A stretch of DNA of 38,687 nt from a virus. Taxonomy: Duplodnaviria > Caudoviricetes. A program made the translations under genes and the position numbers. The notes beneath the pieces are model-generated. The model made no database searches, was not told the DNA's origin, and was given only the letters and a program-made list of their open reading frames with translations. The stretch covers positions 1-38,687 of IMG/VR virus record IMGVR_UViG_3300033067_001742, one strand, 5' to 3'. Each line of letters starts with the position of its first letter. Within the stretch, counting starts at the first letter, position 1. This document shows positions 26,508-33,514 of this stretch, piece by piece.

Positions 26508-27490
26508 GAAGGGCGCTTTTTGCGGGGTTGTGTGTCTAAAATTGTGCCCACGTTCCCCGCGTACTGGGCCACGTGCGACGGGGCCAGGTGCGCGTAGCGC
26601 GAGAGCATAGCAGGGGAGGCCCACGCCCCGAGCCGCTGCAGCACCTCCATCGGGGTGCCGGCCATCGCGTGCCAGCTCGCCCACGAGTGCCGGGTGGCGC
26701 GGTGCCAGGTAATGTGGGGCAGACCCGCCCGCTTCTTGGCGGCGTTGAACGCCGTTTTCGGGCTGCCGATCGGGCCGCCCTTGTACGTGAAGACAAAGAC
26801 GGCGTCCTCGCCGGCGACCTGGTCGAGCACGGCCATCGCGGCGTCATTCAGCGGGATCGGGACGGCCTTCCGACCTTTCAGCAGGCGCGCCGGCAGCATG
26901 ACCTGCCGCCGGGCGAGGTCGACGTGTGACCACTCCAGGAGGGCCACATTGTCCCAGCGCAGGCCGGTGGCACCGGCGAACCGGAACATCGCTTGCTGGT
27001 GCGGCGGCAGCTCATTGTGCAGCGACCACCAGTCGTCGGGGGTCAGGTAGGTATCGTCGGGCTCGGGCTCGGCCCGGCGCTCAAACTTCGGGGCCGCCTC
27101 AATCCACCCCTTGCGCGCCGCGATGTTCAAGGCCGCCCGGATGATGACCATGTGCCGATTGTAGGCGCCTGGCCCGCGATCCTTGCCGAGCTCGGCCTCG
27201 ACCGATGCCGGCGTCACGTCTATCAGGGGCCGGTCGGGGTATTCCCTGCGGATCAAGGCCACGGCGTTCAGGTCCTTGCGCGAGCGTGGCCGCTCGTCGA
27301 GCCAGGCCAGCAGAGCATCGGCTAGGACGTACCCGCTGACCTTCTCCGTCCAGAGGCGGGCTTTGAGCTCGTCGTGCTGCCGCTGCGCCGTGGCCCGGTC
27401 GCTTGTTTCAGTCGAGCGTCTAAGGCGTCGGCCGCGGTGCCGTAGAGAGATCCACCAGAACGGGCTGCCGGGGCGCTTGTAGAGCGGCAT
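26498..27490 (-). CDS. int: Tyrosine integrase
   Basis: 'ATGLRWDN' (R), 'WHRATRHSWASW' (HxxxR), 'LGAW', 'RYAHL' (Y); N-terminal arm-binding 'LYKRPGSPFWWI..RRST.T'. Confidence 0.95.
   Translation of the reverse strand: MPLYKRPGSPFWWISLRHRGRRLRRSTETSDRATAQRQHDELKARLWTEKVSGYVLADALLAWLDERPRSRKDLNAVALIRREYPDRPLIDVTPASVEAELGKDRGPGAYNRHMVIIRAALNIAARKGWIEAAPKFERRAEPEPDDTYLTPDDWWSLHNELPPHQQAMFRFAGATGLRWDNVALLEWSHVDLARRQVMLPARLLKGRKAVPIPLNDAAMAVLDQVAGEDAVFVFTYKGGPIGSPKTAFNAAKKRAGLPHITWHRATRHSWASWHAMAGTPMEVLQRLGAWASPAMLSRYAHLAPSHVAQYAGNVGTILDTQPRKKRPSPR
26530..26550 (+). repeat. Putative integrase arm-type binding repeat GTGTGTCTAAAATTGTGCCCA
   Basis: An identical 21-mer is rebuilt on the other side of the core when the IS and one target-duplication copy are removed (23764-23778 + 26379-26384). 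It consists of two TGTGYCYA units. Confidence 0.7.
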
Positions 27491-27645
27491 TGGGCTCGGA
27501 AGTAGGCGGTGAGGTCGTCCGGGAGGAAGCGCCAGGCCCGGCCGATCCGGGCGCCGGGAATGATACCCCCGGCGGCACGCTCGCGCAGCGTCTCGGGGTG
27601 GATGCCAAGGAAGGCCGCGGCAGCGGCAAGGTCAAGCGTGGTCAC
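27322..27645 (-). CDS. xis: Excisionase-like HTH protein
   Basis: GTG after GGAGG; 'LDLAAAAAFLGIHPETLRERAAGGIIPGARIGRAWRFLPDDL'. Its 3' part overlaps the start of int. Confidence 0.8.
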   Translation of the reverse strand: MTTLDLAAAAAFLGIHPETLRERAAGGIIPGARIGRAWRFLPDDLTAYFRAQCRSTSAPAARSGGSLYGTAADALDARLKQATGPRRSGSTTSSKPASGRRRSAGTS

Positions 27646-27860
27646 GCCGCCACCTCCTGCTCGCTGACGGTACTCGCAATCCGTTCCCCGATCCAGCGCA
27701 TCACGGGCACGGCCATCGAATTGCCGATGGCCTTGTACCGGGGACCGTCGGCGGCGGGGAAGCTTTCCCACTCGGCCGTGCCCACGCACTGCCACCCGAG
27801 TGGCTGCCACGCGACGTGGACGGCACCGATGCCGTCGAACAGGGATAGATAGCGGATCAT
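27642..27860 (-). pseudogene. Internally deleted C5-cytosine DNA methyltransferase (72 aa)
   Basis: Motif I 'YLSLFDGIG' and 'AEWESFP' join directly to motif X 'RYKAIGNSMAVPVMRWIGERI'. The catalytic PC, ENV and target-recognition regions are absent. Confidence 0.85.
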
Positions 27861-27920
27861 CCCTCGCCCCCGCCATCATCAGGGGCGACGCCCAAGGATT
27901 GTTTGCCGCCCCCGTCCATG

Positions 27921-28145
27921 TCAGAAGAACGTCGGCTGGGCAACGCCGCGCGTGAGCGCCATCAAACCCTCTTGCATATGCGTCGCGCCGATGCTTACCC
28001 ATCGCTGATCTAGGCCATCGGTCGCGCGCAGTTTGGCGACTAGTTCTCCGATCTCTGCGCCTTTCGTCTTGATTTCATTCATCGCGTCAATTTCCGTTTG
28101 CGAGAGTTCCCGGTAGCCTTTGATTTGGCGGTGTTGGTTGTCCAT
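27921..28145 (-). CDS. acb2: Acb2-like anti-CBASS cyclic-nucleotide sponge (74 aa)
   Basis: MDNQHRQIKGYRELSQTEIDAMNEIK...RWVSIGATHMQEGLMALTRGVAQPTFF matches the remembered Acb2 signature 'MDNQH..IKGYR.LSQ.EID.MN..K' and 'RW..I..T..Q.G.MA..R..AQP'. Confidence 0.88.
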   Translation of the reverse strand: MDNQHRQIKGYRELSQTEIDAMNEIKTKGAEIGELVAKLRATDGLDQRWVSIGATHMQEGLMALTRGVAQPTFF

Positions 28146-28149
28146 CTTG

Positions 28150-28347
28150 TCAGCCTTTCTTAGTTGCCTTTTCCAAAATGTTGTCCAGCGCGTCGATCTG
28201 TTTCGCGCTTGGACGCCTACCCGCTTCGATCTGCGAACGAAGCGAATCAACGAACGATGCTTCCCATTCTGTGAGCCGAGATTCGCGGGCCTCGCAGTCG
28301 TCAAGCAGCGTCAAATATTCGTCGGCCCATCCGTCGCTCAGGCTCAT
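28150..28347 (-). CDS. Small hypothetical phage protein (65 aa)
   Basis: 'LTEWEASFVDSL..PSAKQIDAL'; GAGGG RBS and ATGA overlap. Confidence 0.7.
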   Translation of the reverse strand: MSLSDGWADEYLTLLDDCEARESRLTEWEASFVDSLRSQIEAGRRPSAKQIDALDNILEKATKKG

Positions 28348-29237
28348 CCCTCGCCCCCGCGCGCGGCGTCGATGCAGTCGTCGGGCGTGTCTCCGGTCAG
28401 GGTGGCGAATACCTCGCTATCGACTGCCTCCGTCTGCGCGATTGACCATCGTCCATCCTCATCCATTGTCAACGTTAGGACGGTGCTCAACATCCACAAG
28501 TTGCAGAGTGCTTGCCGCCGCCCCGCATCCTCCCGGCACCGCGCAAGCTCGGCCTCGGCGCGCTCGGCGCGGGCATAAATCGCGTCCCGTTCCTTGGCGT
28601 CATCCCGGCAGATGTCCTGCCATCGCGTAACCTGCTCCCGCAGCGCGGCAATCTCCGCATCGCGGGCGGCGAGCGCGTCGGCGGAGTCACTTTTGATCGC
28701 AGCCATGTCTCGTTGCAAACCGGCACATACAAAATCAAGTCGTTCTGCGCGCTTGAATTCAATATCAGCCTGCCATTCTTCGTGCTGTAACTTTGCTCGC
28801 AATACAGCAATGGCATTGGCGGCTTGATCGTGCAGTCCTTCGTTGCTGCAATGAGTAGCCCGCAATTCCGCAACCAGCGCATCGTCATCGATCGCGGGCT
28901 GCGCGGGCGCGGCGGCGTTCAGTAGCAGCCCCGGCCTGGGCGTCGTCGTCACTGACTCGCGGGGATCACCCACAATGCGCCGGATGCGCTCATGTTCTGT
29001 CTCCTGCGCGGGCGCGGCGGCGAGGGCTATCGGCTTCCAGTACGCGCAATCGTTGCGCCCCTTGCCCTCACGTTGCAAGTGCATGGCGTAGGTGCAATCC
29101 TCTACGTCCCCGCTGTCGAACACGCACCCATCCGGCACGAAGTCATCGGGCATCGTTTCGACGTCGCAGTGGCACCCGTAGCGCGCGGTGGACGGCGGCG
29201 TCGCGTGCTCGCGTGGCGTTTCGTCCGGGTGGATCAT
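28344..29237 (-). CDS. Mosaic coiled-coil early protein (Ead/Ea22-like architecture)
   Basis: Cys-rich N-terminal module, two AAAPAQ linkers, a long coiled coil and 'CIDAARG' at the end; ATGA overlaps at both ends. Confidence 0.65.
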   Translation of the reverse strand: MIHPDETPREHATPPSTARYGCHCDVETMPDDFVPDGCVFDSGDVEDCTYAMHLQREGKGRNDCAYWKPIALAAAPAQETEHERIRRIVGDPRESVTTTPRPGLLLNAAAPAQPAIDDDALVAELRATHCSNEGLHDQAANAIAVLRAKLQHEEWQADIEFKRAERLDFVCAGLQRDMAAIKSDSADALAARDAEIAALREQVTRWQDICRDDAKERDAIYARAERAEAELARCREDAGRRQALCNLWMLSTVLTLTMDEDGRWSIAQTEAVDSEVFATLTGDTPDDCIDAARGGEG

Positions 29238-29575
29238 GCCGACCTCCCGAACGTCCGCATCACGGCGTCGAGGTCCGCAACGGCCGACTTCGACTCCTGC
29301 TTCCGGGTCAGCATCAGAGCGGCGAACTTCTTCCCGTTCGCGACGTTCGCTTCCTGCCGCAGGCAGCCGCACGACCGGGTGCCGCCGCGCTCGCCCATCC
29401 GCAGAAGCTGCGTGGAGACGACGGTTTCGTTCCCGCAGTCGCACCTGCAGCGCCACTGCTTGTAGCGCAGCGTCTCGGCCTGGCCGATGACTACCAAGCG
29501 CCCGAAGCGCTCGCCGACTAGGTTCAACGCCGCCGCGCGCGCGTTCGGCCGCGCGACGTGCTGGGGTAGGCTCAT
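29234..29575 (-). CDS. Zinc-binding domain of the type at the N-terminus of AP2/HNH homing endonucleases; no nuclease domain
   Basis: 'NLVGERFGRLVV..WRCRCDCGNE..L..G..RSCGCL'; AGGAGG RBS. Confidence 0.75.
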   Translation of the reverse strand: MSLPQHVARPNARAAALNLVGERFGRLVVIGQAETLRYKQWRCRCDCGNETVVSTQLLRMGERGGTRSCGCLRQEANVANGKKFAALMLTRKQESKSAVADLDAVMRTFGRSA

Positions 29576-29838
29576 TGGTGCAACCTCCTGATCTTGTCGA
29601 TGTCGTGCCGCTTCACCCACTGGGCGAACATGTTCGCGAAGGGGCCGGCAACGATCCACGCGATCATCTCGGTCGGCGTGGCGTCGGGGAGCAACTTGAA
29701 CGTAAGGACCTGCGCGATCCCGATGCCGAGGCTCGTCCAGGTCGCCATCCAGAACCGGCCGTGCGTGTTGTTCTGGGACTGGATGACCAAGAGGGCCACG
29801 ACGACGAACTGGGAAGCGAAGAGGAGGAGGGCGTTCAC
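29572..29838 (-). CDS. Small membrane protein (about 3 TM segments)
   Basis: Three hydrophobic segments; GTGA/ATGA overlaps. Confidence 0.7.
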   Translation of the reverse strand: MNALLLFASQFVVVALLVIQSQNNTHGRFWMATWTSLGIGIAQVLTFKLLPDATPTEMIAWIVAGPFANMFAQWVKRHDIDKIRRLHQ

Positions 29839-29987
29839 AGCCACCACCCCGGGCGCCAGCGGATGCTGTGGCGGCCCGTGCTGCCGGTCAGCAGCATGCG
29901 CAGCGCGAGCCACAGCGACTTGACCACCGAGCACTCGAAGGCGCGCGCGTAGGCGTACGTGCGTTGCGCAGAGACGAAGCGGCTCAT
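29835..29987 (-). CDS. Hypothetical protein (50 aa)
   Basis: GAGGA RBS; overlaps both neighbours by 4 nt. Confidence 0.55.
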   Translation of the reverse strand: MSRFVSAQRTYAYARAFECSVVKSLWLALRMLLTGSTGRHSIRWRPGWWL

Positions 29988-30754
29988 GGCGTCCGGTCCT
30001 CGATCGTGTAGTGCTTCGGGGCGCGCCCCGCATGCAGGTCCTTCAGGCGCTTCACGTGCGGCGTCAGCCCGAACACCACGGCGCGGTAGAAGGCGCCCCT
30101 GTACATGCGGTCGTCGGTGAGCCGGTTCGCGGCCCGCGCGTCGACGAGGATCGCGAGGCACGCGAGCGCGTGCGCCAGGTGCGGCAGCCCGCTGTCCGGG
30201 TCTTCGTCCTCGCCCTCGAACCAGGCGTCGAGGTGGCGGCGCGCGGCGTCGTAGTAGATCGAGGCGCGGACGCCGGCCTCGCGCCAGTTCGTGCGGCCGT
30301 ACTTCAGCATGCCGTCGAGGAGGCCCAGCGAGCCGAGGATCGTGGCGGTGGTCGGCCACAGGTGCAGGGGCAGCTTGTCGCTGCCGATCGCGTCCTTGGG
30401 GTTCGTCGGCTTCGTTGCTGCGTCCTTCCCGCCCCACGTCACCGGCCGGCACATGTGCGGGCCGCCGGTGTTCGTGATCAGCGATTCACCGCACTGCGCG
30501 CATTGCGTGGCGTCGAGCATGAACTGCTCCCGCGGCGGCGTCGGTGGCGGGTTTGCGATGCGGCCGGCGGCCTCGGTCGCGACCTCGAGGAAGTGCTTCT
30601 GCAGCGCTACCGCCTTCGCCGGGCCGAGGTGCATGGCCTGACCGGTTTCCCGGTCAAAGATGGCAAGCGCGCCGTCTCCGAACGTGCGGAAGTGCATACC
30701 TTCTGCGCTCGTCCGGATGCTTTTCGGCGCTGCGTCTTCGTTGAGCAGGCTCAT
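29984..30754 (-). CDS. Protein with a dATP/dGTP diphosphohydrolase (DUF5664-like) domain
   Basis: 'TNPKDAIGSDKLPLHL.P', 'GMLKYGRTNWR', 'YYDAARRHL.AW..GED.DPDSGLPHLAHA'. Confidence 0.85.
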   Translation of the reverse strand: MSLLNEDAAPKSIRTSAEGMHFRTFGDGALAIFDRETGQAMHLGPAKAVALQKHFLEVATEAAGRIANPPPTPPREQFMLDATQCAQCGESLITNTGGPHMCRPVTWGGKDAATKPTNPKDAIGSDKLPLHLWPTTATILGSLGLLDGMLKYGRTNWREAGVRASIYYDAARRHLDAWFEGEDEDPDSGLPHLAHALACLAILVDARAANRLTDDRMYRGAFYRAVVFGLTPHVKRLKDLHAGRAPKHYTIEDRTP

Positions 30755-31299
30755 GCCGCCACCTTCAGCACCGGCGCCATGATTTGGAAGAAAGCCGCCA
30801 GCCGGGCCGTATCCGCTGCCGACCAGCGGTCGACCTTGTCACCGTCGATTGCGAGCAGTTCGCCGTAGGCGTTGAGGGCGAAGGTCACGTTCGAGGCCGG
30901 TGCTCCGGAGGTCGCGACCACGCGCTCGACCTTGGGCTGCAGAGCGGCGACGGTGGCGAGCTTCGGCTTCCGGCCGCGCTTCGCCTTCGCCCGCCTCGCC
31001 ACGATCTTGCGGGTGCCGTCGGGCACCGGCTCGTGGGTGGCGAGCTGCCCGAGCGAGGGCACGCCGGGCGCTTTGAGGAAGCCGGCGGGGTGGTGCTGCT
31101 GCACCGGGACCTCCCCGGTCTGAACGCCCGCGGTGGAGCGCCAGCCGCCGCGCCGGCAGCGCGCGAGGCCGTCCTTCGCGAGCGACTGCAAGAGCTGCGC
31201 CGCCTCGACCTTGCTGATGCCCACGGCCTCGGCCACCGTGCCGGTCGGCTGGCCCTCGTCGGTGAGCGTGTCGAGCACTCGGTTGCGATCGTCGCTCAT
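30751..31299 (-). CDS. Winged-HTH protein
   Basis: 'PTGTVAEAVGISKVEAAQLLQSLAKDGLA..RRGGW'; GGAGGA RBS. Confidence 0.65.
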   Translation of the reverse strand: MSDDRNRVLDTLTDEGQPTGTVAEAVGISKVEAAQLLQSLAKDGLARCRRGGWRSTAGVQTGEVPVQQHHPAGFLKAPGVPSLGQLATHEPVPDGTRKIVARRAKAKRGRKPKLATVAALQPKVERVVATSGAPASNVTFALNAYGELLAIDGDKVDRWSAADTARLAAFFQIMAPVLKVAA

Positions 31300-31457
31300 G
31301 CGATCCTCCGCAACTGGATGACCGGGTGGGACTGCGGAGCCGGAGTGGCTCGCTCCTGGCGCAACTGGCGGCGCGCCCGCGCGAACGTCTTGCGGATGTC
31401 GGTGCTCGCGCTGTTCGTGTAGCGGAACGTCGGGTCGAGGATGCTCTTCGACTTCAT
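31296..31457 (-). CDS. Small basic phage protein (53 aa)
   Basis: MKSKSILDPTFRYTNSASTDIRKTFARARRQ...; AGGAG RBS and ATGA overlaps. Not in the supplied ORF track. Confidence 0.7.
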   Translation of the reverse strand: MKSKSILDPTFRYTNSASTDIRKTFARARRQLRQERATPAPQSHPVIQLRRIA

Positions 31458-31672
31458 GCGTGGGACTCCTGAAGGTCGCGCTCGAGCAGCCGCAGCGTGA
31501 TCCGGCTGTCGAAGCGCACGGTGTAGAGGGGCGACTCCATCGCGTTCGTGTGGGCCACGAACTCGACGGTGCCGGTGTGGCCTTGCGAGCGCACGCGCTG
31601 CCCGATGCGGAACCGGGCGGGCACGCTGCGGTAGTCGTGGTCGGCGGCGCGGGCTTCACTGCGGGCGGTCAC
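31454..31672 (-). CDS. Small SH3/KOW-like protein
   Basis: 'FRIGQRV..HTGTV..YTVRFD..ERDL'. Confidence 0.6.
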   Translation of the reverse strand: MTARSEARAADHDYRSVPARFRIGQRVRSQGHTGTVEFVAHTNAMESPLYTVRFDSRITLRLLERDLQESHA

Positions 31673-31812
31673 GGTTCGTTCCTCGCCAGCAGCACGGCAC
31701 CGATGCAGGCCAGCGCCGACAGCGCGGCCATCGTGAGCACGTGCGCGTATCCGGCCCACACCACGGAGTTCGCGGCCCATGCGAAGGCGTTGACCAGGTG
31801 CAGGGCCTTCAT
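31669..31812 (-). CDS. Small membrane protein (47 aa)
   Basis: MKALHLVNAFAWAANSVVWAGYAHVLTMAALSALACIGAVLLARNEP; 4-nt overlaps on both sides. Confidence 0.55.
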   Translation of the reverse strand: MKALHLVNAFAWAANSVVWAGYAHVLTMAALSALACIGAVLLARNEP

Positions 31813-32096
31813 GGCGCCGCCTGCGCGAGCGACTTGCGGACCAGCTCGGCGAACGTGGCGTGGCCGAACTTCCGGGCGATCCGGTTGTTCTTCCGGGTCA
31901 TCCGACGCCCCGGGCGCTTGCCGCCGACGCTGGACATCGAGCGGACGGTGATCTCGGCGGTGCGAACCCAGACAAGCTCGCCCATGCGTTGCCGGCCGAT
32001 GCAGTGCCAGCGGTCAGAACCCTTCCATCCGGTCTTCGGTGCGCTCGGTCCCACAACGGCGCCGGGCGGGGTGGTGTCGAGAATCCAGCCCATCAC
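31809..32096 (-). CDS. Hypothetical protein (95 aa)
   Basis: GGAGG RBS; 4-nt overlaps. Confidence 0.55.
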   Translation of the reverse strand: MMGWILDTTPPGAVVGPSAPKTGWKGSDRWHCIGRQRMGELVWVRTAEITVRSMSSVGGKRPGRRMTRKNNRIARKFGHATFAELVRKSLAQAAP

Positions 32097-32491
32097 GCCG
32101 CCTCCATCGGATACATCGCACCCGTGGGCATCCGCACGATCACGACCAGCCGCGCGCCCGTTTCGGCGTGCTGCAGCCGCACCACGTCATACGCGCCGCG
32201 GAAGCGCGACAGGCGCTCGCGGTCGGGCTGCCACCCCATGTCGTCGAGCACGGCGTACACGCGCTCGTGGTCGGTCTGCGCCGTCGCGAGGCGGCACTCG
32301 ACCCAGAGCGAGCGCTCGTCGTGCAGCTGCGGGGCGAAGTGGGGGTGCGTCTTCAGGCCGGCGGCGCGCAGGGCGTCGTCGAGGGCTTCGAAAGCACGGT
32401 GGTGGAACAGGTTGACGAGCTCGGTGTGCCGCTCGCGCTCACGGTCGGCGGCGTGCCGGCCGGCGACGGTGGTGCAGGGAAGGTGTGGCAT
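32093..32491 (-). CDS. Hypothetical protein, first gene of the PL operon
   Basis: ATG after GGAGG, just downstream of PL. Confidence 0.6.
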   Translation of the reverse strand: MPHLPCTTVAGRHAADRERERHTELVNLFHHRAFEALDDALRAAGLKTHPHFAPQLHDERSLWVECRLATAQTDHERVYAVLDDMGWQPDRERLSRFRGAYDVVRLQHAETGARLVVIVRMPTGAMYPMEAA

Positions 32492-32529
32492 CTCGCCTCC
32501 GTGGCCCGCCAATTGGCGGGGACGGCGGC

Positions 32530-32572
32530 ATTATTAGGCCACGCTAAATCCTCTGTCAATAGTTCCACCTAA
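32530..32572 (-). promoter_or_regulatory. PL promoter with two operators
   Basis: Minus strand TTGACA-N17-TAATAAT. Operators TTAG-GCCACG-CTAA (32534-32547) and ATAG-TTCCAC-CTAA (32559-32572). Confidence 0.8.
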
Positions 32573-32633
32573 CATAGTGGACTGGTTCATCCGCGGGTGG
32601 TCAGGCTCCTAACAGTGGTCTGGGGGGGGGCGT

Positions 32634-33029
32634 CTATCGCGGCGGATAGACGACGATGTTCCCGGGCGCTATCGCACGGAAGGCGATCGCGTAGGGGTTC
32701 ATGAAAACCGCTTGGAAGCGCCAGCGCTGCTGACTTTTCAGCCCTGTCGTAGAGGCGACGGCGCTCGAAACCTTTGCGCCGCTTTCGTCGAGAACGTCAA
32801 AAGACATGATGATGGAGACAAGGTCTCCACCAGACACGTTTGTGACCGTCCCGCTGACGCCCTGATAGGCGCCGTACCCGTTCGTGAACAGCCCGTCGAC
32901 GACCACATCAAGGCCCTTCTCTCTGAACGGACCGGGAATGGCGACAATTGGCCTTCGGGAGGGGGCTGCGCAGCCAACCATCAACAGGGCGGCAGTGCAA
33001 AGGGCGCCCGCCGCGTCCCGTCGATTCAT
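32634..33029 (-). CDS. Lipoprotein with FxLYD-like domain (possible superinfection exclusion)
   Basis: Lipobox 'LLMVGC'; 'VSGTVTN..G..L..I.MSFDVLDESGAKV..A....L....WRF'; immediately downstream of cI. Confidence 0.7.
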   Translation of the reverse strand: MNRRDAAGALCTAALLMVGCAAPSRRPIVAIPGPFREKGLDVVVDGLFTNGYGAYQGVSGTVTNVSGGDLVSIIMSFDVLDESGAKVSSAVASTTGLKSQQRWRFQAVFMNPYAIAFRAIAPGNIVVYPPR

Positions 33030-33440
33030 CTAGTGGGCACCTCCAGAGTTGCCCGGCGGATCCGACTTAAACGGATCGTTCGGGCTACTTCCTTTTTTTC
33101 GTCGGATGATCCCCTTAATCAGATCTTCAACGAGTCCGACCTCGTTGTCGTCCAGTTCCTGGATGCTGCTCAAGAGCGTGTCGTTCCGCAGCTGCCGCTC
33201 GATCTCCTTCTCTTCCATTGGGCTCCCGATCCCATCCGTGAGGTACTTGAGGCTCGCTCCGATCTTAAGTAAGCCTTCAAGAGCTTTGCCTAGCCGCACC
33301 GTTCATCCGCTTTCGAGGTTGTGAAGCGAGGCCGGGCGGATTCCGATAAGGCGGGCGAATTCGGCCGCCTTGCGACCTTCGCCGTAGCCCTTTAATCGGC
33401 GGATGGTGCGAATGCGCTCGGCGAGAGTGGGCGTAGGCAT
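33030..33440 (-). pseudogene. cI: cI-like XRE-family repressor interrupted by an in-frame TGA
   Basis: MPTPTLAERIRTIRRLKGYGEGRKAAEFARLIGIRPASLHNLESG*TVRLGKALEGLLKIGASLKYLTDGIG...; stop at 33303-33305; divergent from cro. Confidence 0.85.
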
Positions 33441-33507
33441 AACTAAAATCATGCGCTTCAATAGGTTAGCTGCGGCTGTTGACTTATTGTTAGGCCGTGC
33501 TAATAAT
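33433..33507 (+). promoter_or_regulatory. PR promoter and OR operators
   Basis: TTGACT (33479-33484)-N17-AATAAT (33502-33507). Operators TTAG-GCCGTG-CTAA (33490-33503), TTAG-CTGCGG-CTGT (33466-33479) and GTAG-GCATAA-CTAA (33433-33446). Confidence 0.8.
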
Positions 33508-33514
33508 TTCGGGC

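Larger units (their letters stand above)
27857..28360. repeat. 17-bp direct repeats flanking the acb2 cassette
   Basis: TCATCCCTCGCCCCCGC at 27857-27873 and 28344-28360. Confidence 0.85.

Noticed and set aside
27882-27912. Integron attC site or intrinsic terminator after acb2
   Set aside because: No GTTRRRY/RYYYAAC boxes, no U-tract and no integron integrase; kept only as a hairpin within the cassette.
29984-30754. 2-aminoadenine (Z) genome pathway
   Set aside because: No purZ or dedicated DNA polymerase gene recognised.
33303-33305. Genome-wide TGA reassignment
   Set aside because: TGA ends many genes, often in ATGA/GTGA overlaps, and no suppressor tRNA is present.
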